Positions 9,298-18,476 of a DNA stretch of 55,410 bases are shown one piece after another. Made by a program: the position numbers and the translations under genes. This stretch comes from a virus (lineage: Duplodnaviria > Caudoviricetes): IMG/VR virus record IMGVR_UViG_3300012920_000050, positions 1-55,410 of that record, one strand, 5' to 3'. The notes beneath the pieces were generated by a model. It was given only the letters and a program-made list of their open reading frames with translations. It ran no database searches and was not told where the DNA came from. Positions within the stretch are counted from its first letter, which is position 1. Each line of letters begins with the position of its first letter.

Positions 9298-9926
9298 TGA
9301 TAGTATATATACCAATCAAAAACAACTCTCAAAGAGTTCCTTTAAAAAATTTTAGAGAATTTAAAGGAAAACCTTTATGGGAAAATACGGTTGACAAACT
9401 TGAGGATTTTAATGTATTCATCGACACAGACTCAGATGAAATTATAAAAAAATGTAAACAGAAAAAATGGATTACATGCTTCCCAAGAAGAAGACACCTA
9501 ATAGGAGACAGCGTTTCTGTAGTAGATCTTTTAAAAAATTTTGTTGACCAATTCTCAATAAACGAGCCCATATGCCAGATACATGTAACATCCCCTTTCC
9601 TGAACCCAGATCACATCAAGTTCGCAGGTCTTAAAATTAATAAAGATGGATACGATTCGGTATTTTCTGCAGATCGAGTACAGAATAGATTCTGGAGAAA
9701 AGAAGAATACGGATATTGCCCGATAAATCATAACCCGATGAAACTAGAACAAACGCAAGACTTACCTATCTACTATATGGAAAACTCCTATCTATACGCT
9801 TTTCAACCAAAAGTTCTTGATTTTAATAACAGAATAGGTTATAATCCATATATTATGGAAATAGGCTTTCCGTACAACCTAGATATAGACACAGAAGAAG
9901 ACTGGAAGCTAGTAAATATAATATGA
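9297..9926 (+). CDS. acylneuraminate/ulosonate cytidylyltransferase (NeuA/KdsB-like)
   Basis: IPIKNNSQRVPLKN, GKPL, IDTDS, HVTSPF, DIDTEEDW. Confidence 0.9.
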   Translation: MIVYIPIKNNSQRVPLKNFREFKGKPLWENTVDKLEDFNVFIDTDSDEIIKKCKQKKWITCFPRRRHLIGDSVSVVDLLKNFVDQFSINEPICQIHVTSPFLNPDHIKFAGLKINKDGYDSVFSADRVQNRFWRKEEYGYCPINHNPMKLEQTQDLPIYYMENSYLYAFQPKVLDFNNRIGYNPYIMEIGFPYNLDIDTEEDWKLVNII

Positions 9927-10630
9927 AATTTCTTTGGCAACAAATACCATCACCACTAATAACAGAGATTTTTTGCTCATCTTCCTTCGACGGAGTTATT
10001 CTTGACCTAGAGCACGGGCACTTTAATAATGAAACGCTCTACTCATGCATACAAACAGGAACGCTTATGCAAAAAAAAATTTTAGCAAGGTTTGCTCATC
10101 TCGATAGGCAAAAAATCAGAATGTGCCTCGACGCAAATATATCAGGCGTAATACTTTCGACGGTAGAAAATTCAACCCAAGCAGAAGAGTTTTACAACTA
10201 CTGCATTTATCCTCCATCGAGAGGAGAAAAAGGCAAAGGAACTAGAGGTCAAGGGCTAGTAAGAGAAAACCTATGGGGAGAAAAAAAACTAACACAAAGA
10301 AGGCCAATTATAATACCTCAAATAGAGACACTAAAAGGTGTCGACTCTATATCTAGCATTTCAAAAATAAACTTTGATTATTATTTAGTGGGACCATACG
10401 ATCTATCGGCAAGCTTAGGAGATGTAGGAAACTTAGAAAGCCCCCAGTTTAAATCATGCATGAAAAAATTAGAAAAAATTATTGGACAAAAAATGGGCTT
10501 TCATATACCTTCTAAAGTTAACGAAAAGCTTAAAGATTTTAAAAACTACCCGTTTTTGGCCCTAGGAATGGATACTACGTTTATAATAGAAAAAATTAAT
10601 GAGACAGTAGATATAACACAACATGATTAA
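9923..10630 (+). CDS. HpcH/HpaI class II pyruvate aldolase
   Basis: FDGVILDLEHG, YPP..RG, QIET, VGPYDLSASLG. Confidence 0.9.
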   Translation: MKFLWQQIPSPLITEIFCSSSFDGVILDLEHGHFNNETLYSCIQTGTLMQKKILARFAHLDRQKIRMCLDANISGVILSTVENSTQAEEFYNYCIYPPSRGEKGKGTRGQGLVRENLWGEKKLTQRRPIIIPQIETLKGVDSISSISKINFDYYLVGPYDLSASLGDVGNLESPQFKSCMKKLEKIIGQKMGFHIPSKVNEKLKDFKNYPFLALGMDTTFIIEKINETVDITQHD

Positions 10631-11996
10631 ATTAATAATATTTGATCTAGATGGAGTATTGGTTGATTCAAAGAAGCTTCACTTTGACGCCCTAGATAAG
10701 GCTTTATCGTTAATTGGAGAAGAATATAAAATTAACTACCAAGAGCATTTGACCTCATACGACGGCCTATCAACCAACAAAAAATTAAAAATGCTATGCG
10801 AAACAAAAAATTTTCCAAGAAATGAAATAGGTAACACATGGAAAGCTAAACAAAAAATTACATTAAAAATAATAGATAATTTCACAGTTGACGAAAGAAT
10901 ACAAAAAATATTTAAAAAACTAAAATCAGAAGGCTTCATTATTGCCTGCGCAACAAACTCTATCAGGGAAACAGCAAAACTTCAGCTTATTAGAAAAGGC
11001 TTCATGGAATATATAGACTTTCTATATTCGAACCAAGACGTAAACAATCCAAAACCAAATGCCGAGATATACATGAGGTGCATGATTAAGGCTGGAGTTA
11101 GCCCTGACGAAACACTTATCATAGAAGACTCCCATGTGGGCAGGCAAGGAGCAATCAGAAGCGGTGGCGTGTTGTGTGCTGTAGAAAATCCAGAAGATTT
11201 GACTTATAATAAAATTAAAAAAACAATCTCAAAGGCACAAAACAATACCTCAAAACCTAAATGGAGCTCAGATAAAATGAACGTTTTAATTCCCATGGCT
11301 GGAGCAGGATCCAGATTCGAACAAGCGGGATATACTTTTCCCAAGCCGTTAATAGATGTTAACGGTAAGCCAATGATTCAAAGGGTTGTCGAGAATATAA
11401 ATATTGACGCAACTCATATTTTTATAGTTCAAAAATCTCATTACGAAAAATATTCACTACAGCATACCTTAAATTTAATATCGCCAGACTGCAAAATAGT
11501 CCAAGTGGATGGGGTAACTGAGGGAGCGGCGTGCACAACTCTTTTAGCTAAAGAATATATTAACAATGACGACCCACTCGTTTTAGCAAATTCAGATCAA
11601 TACGTAGACTGGGACAGTAGCCAGTACATGTATTCATGCATGACGGATGATATTGATGGCTCCATACTCACATTTAACTCAACGCACCCCAAATGGAGTT
11701 ATGCAAAAACCAATAAACAAGATTTCGTCGTTGAAGTTGCAGAAAAAAAACCTATCAGCAAAAATGCGACAGTAGGAATTTATTTCTGGAAAAAAGGAAA
11801 AGATTATGTTGATTGCGCAGAATCTATGATTTCAAAAAATATCAGAGTCAACAATGAGTTTTATGTGTGCCCAGTTTATAATGAAGCTATTTTAAGGAAC
11901 GCCAAAATCAAAACATTTCATATTGAAAAAATGTGGGGGCTAGGAACTCCTGAAGATTTAGATACATTTTTAAAGCATGATATTAATAGCTCATAG
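10623..11996 (+). CDS. HAD phosphatase fused to a BcbE-like nucleotidyltransferase
   Basis: FDLDGVLVD, KPNAE, IEDS (HAD); VLIPMAGAGSRF...PKPLIDV, TEGAACT, EKKPIS, NNEFYV, GLGTPED. Confidence 0.9.
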   Translation: MIKLIIFDLDGVLVDSKKLHFDALDKALSLIGEEYKINYQEHLTSYDGLSTNKKLKMLCETKNFPRNEIGNTWKAKQKITLKIIDNFTVDERIQKIFKKLKSEGFIIACATNSIRETAKLQLIRKGFMEYIDFLYSNQDVNNPKPNAEIYMRCMIKAGVSPDETLIIEDSHVGRQGAIRSGGVLCAVENPEDLTYNKIKKTISKAQNNTSKPKWSSDKMNVLIPMAGAGSRFEQAGYTFPKPLIDVNGKPMIQRVVENINIDATHIFIVQKSHYEKYSLQHTLNLISPDCKIVQVDGVTEGAACTTLLAKEYINNDDPLVLANSDQYVDWDSSQYMYSCMTDDIDGSILTFNSTHPKWSYAKTNKQDFVVEVAEKKPISKNATVGIYFWKKGKDYVDCAESMISKNIRVNNEFYVCPVYNEAILRNAKIKTFHIEKMWGLGTPEDLDTFLKHDINSS

Positions 11997-12399
11997 AGGA
12001 AATTTTTCTGGGCCAAACCCCGAGAGAGAAAATACCATAGAGTATATACAAGAAGCCTTAGACCTTGGATACGAAGTAGAAATTGATATCTGGGGAAGAA
12101 ATCAACTCTGGCTCGGACACGACAAACCAGAAAATCCATGTCCAATTAGCTTCTTGATGAAAAACAGAAAAAAATTGTGGATACATTGCAAAAACCTAGA
12201 GGCAATGCATACCCTTAGAGAGTTTCCGTCTTTAAATTTTTTCTGGCACGAAGAAGACAAATTTACATTAACGTCTCAAAGATTTATATGGACCTACCCA
12301 GGCAATAGAGTGTGCAATAAAAGTGTAATAGTAATGCGCGACATTAAAGAGCATGACGGAAAAATATGCTTTGGTATATGTGCGGATTACTTAAAATGA
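11977..12399 (+). CDS. short glycerophosphodiester phosphodiesterase/PLC-like protein
   Basis: IAHRGN, ENT, VEIDIW, LGHD, WIHCKN, GICADY. Confidence 0.8.
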   Translation: MILIAHRGNFSGPNPERENTIEYIQEALDLGYEVEIDIWGRNQLWLGHDKPENPCPISFLMKNRKKLWIHCKNLEAMHTLREFPSLNFFWHEEDKFTLTSQRFIWTYPGNRVCNKSVIVMRDIKEHDGKICFGICADYLK

Positions 12400-13271
12400 A
12401 CAATATTCTTTTAGACTACTTTACTAAAGAAAATGACAGGCTATTCCTAGACTACTTCAGTCACAACGAACACATACCTACATGGAAAAGAGATCTATAC
12501 AAATTACAAAAAAACCTATTACCAAAACTGCAAGAGTTAGAAAATAAGCTCTCTATAATAATTCAAGGCCCACTAAACACCAGATCTTTAAAGACAATAC
12601 CCCATTACCTCAGATACGGAGAGGTGGTCGTCTCGTGTTGGGATACAGACAATCAGGATACATTAAAACCTTATTTAGACAAAATAAAATTAGTAGTAAA
12701 TAAATACAAAGACGTAAACAGATATCCCTCTAGACCAGGATCGCAGGCACCATGGATTTTTCAACACCACACAACCTTAAACGGACTCAAAGAAGCTAAA
12801 GGAACTCTGGCGATCAAAGTAAGATCTGACGAGAGCTTCCCTATATTAGATCCGATTATCAGGAAAATGAGGCAAAACAGAGACACAATAAATCCAGAAA
12901 CAGGGACTTGCAATTGGCATAAAATAGTAACCTCCAATATCTATTTCAGGTACGACAGAGAGAAGAAATTTCACCCATCAGATCATATAATTGGCGGAAA
13001 CAGAAAAAGAATGATTTCTGTCTTTGAAAGAGCGGAAAGATTATGTAAATCAAAACTAGAAATACCCTTTCCAGAACAACTACTTTGCAAATGCGTATTA
13101 GAAACATACAGAGATTCATTCAACTATAGTAAATCTAAAGAATTAATGAAAAAGCATTTCGATATAATAAGAATACGAGATTTACCCAACCACATATGGA
13201 CCTCTAGCTATAGAAAATATGACGCCCTATACTCAGAAGAGGATTGGTGTCACGATATAAATAAAATTTAA
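12396..13271 (+). CDS. WavE-like glycan biosynthesis protein
   Basis: SIIIQGP, VVSCW, Q..TTLNGL, IKVRSD, FHPSDH, PEQ; ATGA overlap supports the start at 12396. Confidence 0.65.
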   Translation: MNNILLDYFTKENDRLFLDYFSHNEHIPTWKRDLYKLQKNLLPKLQELENKLSIIIQGPLNTRSLKTIPHYLRYGEVVVSCWDTDNQDTLKPYLDKIKLVVNKYKDVNRYPSRPGSQAPWIFQHHTTLNGLKEAKGTLAIKVRSDESFPILDPIIRKMRQNRDTINPETGTCNWHKIVTSNIYFRYDREKKFHPSDHIIGGNRKRMISVFERAERLCKSKLEIPFPEQLLCKCVLETYRDSFNYSKSKELMKKHFDIIRIRDLPNHIWTSSYRKYDALYSEEDWCHDINKI

Positions 13272-13278
13272 ATATGGC

Positions 13279-13306
13279 TTGATTTTTAATAATTTGTTTC
13301 TATTAT
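13279..13306 (+). promoter_or_regulatory. possible sigma-70-type promoter
   Basis: TTGATT, 16-nt spacer, TATTAT in the gap before ATG 13324. Confidence 0.45.
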
Positions 13307-13323
13307 CTAGAAAACAAAAGATC

Positions 13324-13860
13324 ATGTCATTAACACTATATAAACCAAACAGCAAAAACTTAGGCTGTGCATTTAGTTTTCGAGCAGGAATAAACAAAAA
13401 CAAAGAGCCCACAATTTATGTTAGCGCGATCCAACAATTTAGCTGGGACAGTTCAAAAAAAACAGGAAACTTTTCCGGGAATCGAGACAACCCAGACAAA
13501 AACATAAATATAAAATTTAATGAATTTGAAATAGGAGGAATACTCAGTGCTTTTAAAAACAGGCACGAGTATTCAACCTTTCACGCATTCGATGATAACA
13601 AAACCTCAATCAAATTAACGCCCTGGGATAAACCAAACAAAAATGGAGGAACTCTACCTGCTTTCGGAATTGTTTTATCCAGAAACGGAAATCAAGTATT
13701 TAAACTTCCTCTAGAACCGGGCGAAGTCGAGGCAGTCTCTCATTTTTTTAAGTCATTTTTTAGCGATTTATTTTCTCACAGAAAAAGAGAAGAAATTAAG
13801 GCCCGAAAAAACCTAAAAGAAAAGCAAGAGAATAAAAATTCCGAAGACGCTCCATTTTAA
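13324..13860 (+). CDS. putative Whirly/PC4-like ssDNA-binding protein with acidic tail
   Basis: Motif order resembles plant Whirly domains; C-terminus SEDAPF is SSB-like; start revised to MSLTLYK. Confidence 0.55.
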   Translation: MSLTLYKPNSKNLGCAFSFRAGINKNKEPTIYVSAIQQFSWDSSKKTGNFSGNRDNPDKNINIKFNEFEIGGILSAFKNRHEYSTFHAFDDNKTSIKLTPWDKPNKNGGTLPAFGIVLSRNGNQVFKLPLEPGEVEAVSHFFKSFFSDLFSHRKREEIKARKNLKEKQENKNSEDAPF

Positions 13861-13861
13861 T

Positions 13862-15784
13862 ATGCGTAAAAAAAAAATACTAATTCACAGCAATCATTGC
13901 AAAGCTTTCACAGGCTTCGGGAAACACACTAAAAATATATTAATTCACTTGTATAAAACAGGAAAGTATGAGATCATTGAACTTTCAAACGGGAGAAGAA
14001 AAGGCGATCCTGAATTAAAAAACCTTCCATGGAAATGCGAAGGCTCTTTGCCAAACAGCAGAACCCTTCTTGAAAAAATGAACAAAGATCCAGCCTTAGC
14101 GCGGAGCGCTGGATACGGAGGTCAAACCATAGATGAAGTAATTAAAGAAGAAAAGCCTGACGTCTACATAGGAATAGAAGATATCTGGGCCTTTTCAGGA
14201 TATACAGAAAGAAACTGGTGGAACAAGATAAACTGCATGGTATGGACCACCCTAGACAGCTTACCGATACTACCTGAAGCAGTAAAAGTTGCTCCAGAAA
14301 TAAAAAACTTTTATACATGGGCGCATTTTGCAGAAAAAGAAATGAACAAACTAGGTCACTCTCATGTTAAAACTTTACACGGAGCATTAGATACAGAAAA
14401 CTTTTATAAGCTAGACAGTGAAAAAAGAAATAATCTAAGAAAAAAATTTAATCTAGAAAAAGATTTTGTTATAGGTTTTGTTTTCAGAAACCAACTAAGG
14501 AAAAGCGTGCCCAACATACTTGAGGGTTTCAAGATATTTTGTAAGCAAAACCCAGAAGCAACCCCAAAACTCTTACTGCATACCCACTGGCAAGAAGGCT
14601 GGGACATACCCAGACTAATAAAAGAAAAAGGTATCGACAACTCAAAAGTTCTAACCACTTACGTCTGTAAAAAATGTGGCAAATACGAAGTGAAACCATT
14701 TGAGGGAGAAACAAAGGAAGAGGGAGAAAACAAAGACTGTAGTTTTTGTGGCTCAAAAAAAAGCCAAGTCACTTCCAGCGTAAAAAACGGAGTAAACGAA
14801 CCTCAGCTAAATGAAATATACAACCTCATGGATGTATACTGCCACCCCTTTACTAGCGGCGGACAAGAAATACCAATACAAGAAGCTAAACTCACAGAAC
14901 TTATTACCCTAGTAACAAATTACAGCTGCGGAGAGGACTGTTGCGGAGAAGGGACAGGAGGGTTACCATTAAGTTGGACAGAGTACCGCGAACCCGGAAC
15001 TCAATTCATAAAAGCCAGCACAAACCCAGAAAATATCGCCTTTCAATTAAGGAAAGTTTTTAATATGACGTCCCAAAAGAAAGTCAGCATGGGTAAGCAG
15101 GCCAGAGAATTTGCAATTAAAAATTACAGCATAGAATCGGTTTGTGGTAAACTGGAAAAAATTATTGATGAAATGCCTGATGTCGACTGGGATTTTGACT
15201 TTTCTAAAGAAAAAAAAGATCCGCACTATACACCCGATAATAATCAAAAGGATTCGGACTGGGTAATAGATATATACAAAAATATATTAAAATTAGACAT
15301 AAAAGAAAAAGAAGAAGGTTACGAACACTGGATGAAGAAACTTAAAGAAGGCGTTTCAAGAAAAGATGTCCTAAAATATTTCAAGCAGGTAGCTCTAGAA
15401 GATAACAAGAAACATAATCCAACCAAATTTGAAGACATATTAAGCAAAGAAGATGAAGGGAAAAGAATATTAATATCAATGCCTCAAAGCATTGGGGACG
15501 TTTATCTATGCACCTCCTTATTGAAAAACATGAAAAAAACCTACCCAGAATACAACATTTATTTTGCAACAAAACCAGAATACTTTGAAATATTAGACGG
15601 AAACCCTTATATACATAAAGTCATACCGTATGACAAAGGCCTGGACAACCTTCCTGCCATGGAAGGGCAAGCAGAACATAAAGGGTATTTCGAAATAGCT
15701 TTTCTTCCATTTGTGGGAACTCAAAGATTTTTAAATTATATGCACAACGGAAAAGACAAAATTCAATTCGACCTATGCACCTAG
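13862..15784 (+). CDS. multidomain glycosyltransferase: GT4 with Zn-ribbon insert, DUF4214-like helical module and GT9 N-terminal half
   Basis: TGFG, RNQLRK, CKKC/CSFC, GGQEIPIQEA; YKNIL...EGYEHW...GVSRKDVLKYF; QSIGDVYLCT...LDGNPYIHKVI. Confidence 0.8.
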   Translation: MRKKKILIHSNHCKAFTGFGKHTKNILIHLYKTGKYEIIELSNGRRKGDPELKNLPWKCEGSLPNSRTLLEKMNKDPALARSAGYGGQTIDEVIKEEKPDVYIGIEDIWAFSGYTERNWWNKINCMVWTTLDSLPILPEAVKVAPEIKNFYTWAHFAEKEMNKLGHSHVKTLHGALDTENFYKLDSEKRNNLRKKFNLEKDFVIGFVFRNQLRKSVPNILEGFKIFCKQNPEATPKLLLHTHWQEGWDIPRLIKEKGIDNSKVLTTYVCKKCGKYEVKPFEGETKEEGENKDCSFCGSKKSQVTSSVKNGVNEPQLNEIYNLMDVYCHPFTSGGQEIPIQEAKLTELITLVTNYSCGEDCCGEGTGGLPLSWTEYREPGTQFIKASTNPENIAFQLRKVFNMTSQKKVSMGKQAREFAIKNYSIESVCGKLEKIIDEMPDVDWDFDFSKEKKDPHYTPDNNQKDSDWVIDIYKNILKLDIKEKEEGYEHWMKKLKEGVSRKDVLKYFKQVALEDNKKHNPTKFEDILSKEDEGKRILISMPQSIGDVYLCTSLLKNMKKTYPEYNIYFATKPEYFEILDGNPYIHKVIPYDKGLDNLPAMEGQAEHKGYFEIAFLPFVGTQRFLNYMHNGKDKIQFDLCT

Positions 15785-16941
15785 TAGAACAATACGCACT
15801 AAGCTGTGGAATAAAAATAGACAAGCCCACAGTAGAAACAAGCTTTTTTCCCGTAGATTGCGAGAAATACATAACACTTCATGCTAGCAGCGGAATGGAA
15901 GCCAAGAACTATGACTATTTTTCAGACGTAATAGACTTGATAAAACCGTACATAGAAAAAGAAAACATAAAGATAATACAGATAGGAGATAAAAAAGATA
16001 AAAAACTAGACGGGTGCATACATTACAATGGAACAACAAACCTAAAACAAAGTTTTTATCTTATTAAAAATTGCGCACTTCATATAGGAAACGATTCCTT
16101 TAGCACTCATGTAGCATCAGGATTCAACAGAAAGATATTGTGCCTATACAGCGTTCTTTTTAAAGAGTGCTGCGGACCCTACTGGGGCGAAAAACTTGAT
16201 CAAGTTCTATTAGAACCATCAAGAATAGACAGAAAACCGTCCTTTATGGGCAACGAAAAACCAAAGACCGTCAACGAGATAGACCCCGAAGAAATAGCCC
16301 AGGGAGCATTGGATTTATTAAAAATCAAACACGAAATAAACAAGGTAAAAACAATACATATCGGACAAGAGTACCACATACCATCTATAGCGGTGATCCC
16401 AAATCACGTAATGCCCGAAAGCTTTGCAAGGTCACAACCAATAAACATTCACGGAGATGAATGCTTTGACGAGCAAAATATAGTAAAATGGGCGAGAGGA
16501 AGAAATGCAAACATTTTCTTAGACAAACCAATGAATATCAACTATTTAAGGCTGGTAAAAGAAAATATAAATCAAATAAACTATTTTATTTCGGAAGATA
16601 CGGACACGCAATATATAAAAAAAATAAACAGCCTAGGCTTTCCAGTTCAATTACTATGCAAAAACATTGAAAACATAAATGATATCAGATTAAAGTTTTT
16701 TGACTGGAATGTATTGGAATACAAACAAACATCAAAAAAAGATCTTGACAATATCGATTTATTATGCGATAATAGTTTTTATCAAAGTTCTAGAAAGATT
16801 ATATCAAATGGAAAAATATATAACAGCAAAGCAGCATGGCTCCACGAAAAAGACGGAGATCACAAACAAGTTATCGACTGCGATGAATTTTGGCAAGAAC
16901 TAAAAACAATTAAAATTTATAACGATGCAAGAAACACTTAG
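15775..16941 (+). CDS. GT9-like glycosyltransferase C-terminal half plus an unknown domain
   Basis: MHLVEQYA, ITLHASSG..AKNY, IIQIG, LHIGNDSFSTHVA. Confidence 0.7.
   Translation: MHLVEQYALSCGIKIDKPTVETSFFPVDCEKYITLHASSGMEAKNYDYFSDVIDLIKPYIEKENIKIIQIGDKKDKKLDGCIHYNGTTNLKQSFYLIKNCALHIGNDSFSTHVASGFNRKILCLYSVLFKECCGPYWGEKLDQVLLEPSRIDRKPSFMGNEKPKTVNEIDPEEIAQGALDLLKIKHEINKVKTIHIGQEYHIPSIAVIPNHVMPESFARSQPINIHGDECFDEQNIVKWARGRNANIFLDKPMNINYLRLVKENINQINYFISEDTDTQYIKKINSLGFPVQLLCKNIENINDIRLKFFDWNVLEYKQTSKKDLDNIDLLCDNSFYQSSRKIISNGKIYNSKAAWLHEKDGDHKQVIDCDEFWQELKTIKIYNDARNT
16745..16773 (+). promoter_or_regulatory. intragenic sigma-70-type promoter for the downstream gene
   Basis: TTGACA (16745-16750), 17-nt spacer, GATAAT preceded by TGn (extended -10). 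Confidence 0.55.
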
Positions 16942-17761
16942 CCTAGGAGCAACAGACAACACGGTAACATTTTCAACAGAAACTCAAACAACAAAAATTA
17001 TGCCCGCAACAAAAAAAACATCAACAAAAAAATATGTAGACGGCCCACTAAAGTTCTGCAGAAACGAGTACGGGCTACTAGATAATACAGATTATCACTT
17101 TAATGAAGACGGGTCAGTAAACTGGAGGTCAATGATTGGAGATGAACATCTCTTCCCAAATAAATCATGGTTCGATCTAAGAAAAAAAGACACGCCAAGA
17201 ACCATCGATGGACTAAAAGACCACCAACTACTCATTAAGCTAAGCGGAATTAAAGAGCTGGCAAAACTAAGAGGATTTACTGATGTTGAATATGAAATTG
17301 TAAAATGTCAAGAAGATCATGTTGCGGCGATTTGTAAAATTAAATTTTTAGCAAACTACGAAACAGGAAATCAACCTGTAGTATTTCAAGACATGGCAAA
17401 CGCAACATTAAATAACACAAGTAGCTTTGCAACAAAGTTTCTGGAAACTATCGCATGCAATAGAGCGTTCGTAAGATGCGTTAGGAATTTTTTAAATGTA
17501 CATATTGTCGGAGATGATGAAATTGACAAGTCTAACTTACCCCCCCAAACAAAATCAGCACCTTCATTAAGCCCAGACTCAATGATTGAGTCTTTGGTAA
17601 AAGATAAATTAAGCTGCTCAAACTTTGATGAATTTAAAGTAATTCTTAGAGATTGGTGGAAATCCGGAAAATATAAAAACGAGGGAGTCGCAGAATGGAA
17701 TAGCTATTCAGATATTCCTCCTGCACAAGCAAGAATTTTAATGAAAGTAATTAACGGCTAG
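16925..17761 (+). CDS. Rad52/Sak/Erf-superfamily ssDNA-annealing protein (putative)
   Basis: LLIKLSGIKELA...FQDMANA...FLETIACNRAFVRCVRNFLNV resembles the annealase core helix; alternative start ATG 17000. Confidence 0.55.
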   Translation: MQETLSLGATDNTVTFSTETQTTKIMPATKKTSTKKYVDGPLKFCRNEYGLLDNTDYHFNEDGSVNWRSMIGDEHLFPNKSWFDLRKKDTPRTIDGLKDHQLLIKLSGIKELAKLRGFTDVEYEIVKCQEDHVAAICKIKFLANYETGNQPVVFQDMANATLNNTSSFATKFLETIACNRAFVRCVRNFLNVHIVGDDEIDKSNLPPQTKSAPSLSPDSMIESLVKDKLSCSNFDEFKVILRDWWKSGKYKNEGVAEWNSYSDIPPAQARILMKVING

Positions 17762-18476
17762 ATCTACGCTCTAGACTTTCAACTCTCTTTTCTAGAAAAT
17801 CTATTTGCTTTTGCTGTTCTTTAATTGCGCCGACAAGTAGAGCAGTAATCTTCTCATATTTAACAGCTTTATATCCATTATCTCTTGTGGTAACTAACTC
17901 TGGGGCTACTTCCTCAACTTGCTGAGCGATAAGTCCTATATCATGACCCGCATAAGTCTCCTGTTTGTTGTTCCAGTCAAATTCCACCGCATCTAGTTTC
18001 AAGATTTTTTCGAGAGGATCAATAATTATCGAAATATTATCTTTAAGTCTTTCGTCAGAACTAAAGAAAGCAACAACGTCTCCTTTTACATGAAGACCGT
18101 TGGGACAACCAACAAAAAAAGCATTGTGAATAGTTGGGGCAACAAAATCTCCTATAATGTGAGTGTTATAAAGACCATCTATCGTGTTTCCTGTTCCCTG
18201 AAGAATAGAGCATCGCCTTGACCGTTTAATTTTATTGTTATATCCAGCAAGTATAACATTGTTTGATCCATATCCGCCCACCTCAAAAGTTCCAGTTGTG
18301 CCGGGCCCAAGCACATTATGCATAGGTAGAGATAAAGTCTCGGGCCCCACTCCTATAAGCGGACCTTTTTCTCCAGGAGGAGCGAAAATAGCGGGAGTAG
18401 TAGTATGACCTGCTGGGGTCGACGAAGGAGTTCCAGGACTAGAGAAAACAGGAATATTTGTTGCAGGATTAGCCAT
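17751..18476 (-). CDS. tail fibre-like protein with C-terminal peptidase S74 (intramolecular chaperone)
   Basis: GDVVAFFSSDERLKDNI, IGLIAQQVEEVAPELV, AVKYEKITALLVGAIKE plus coiled coil; TAATG overlap supports the start at 18476. Confidence 0.9.
   Translation of the reverse strand: MANPATNIPVFSSPGTPSSTPAGHTTTPAIFAPPGEKGPLIGVGPETLSLPMHNVLGPGTTGTFEVGGYGSNNVILAGYNNKIKRSRRCSILQGTGNTIDGLYNTHIIGDFVAPTIHNAFFVGCPNGLHVKGDVVAFFSSDERLKDNISIIIDPLEKILKLDAVEFDWNNKQETYAGHDIGLIAQQVEEVAPELVTTRDNGYKAVKYEKITALLVGAIKEQQKQIDFLEKRVESLERRSSR

Noticed and set aside
4429-16941. Glycan cluster as a bacterial LPS or capsule locus, i.e. a prophage boundary or chimeric contig
   Set aside because: It is interleaved with phage-type DNA-metabolism genes, lacks Wzx/Wzy/ABC export genes, and overlaps the tail module through the gene at 16925-17761
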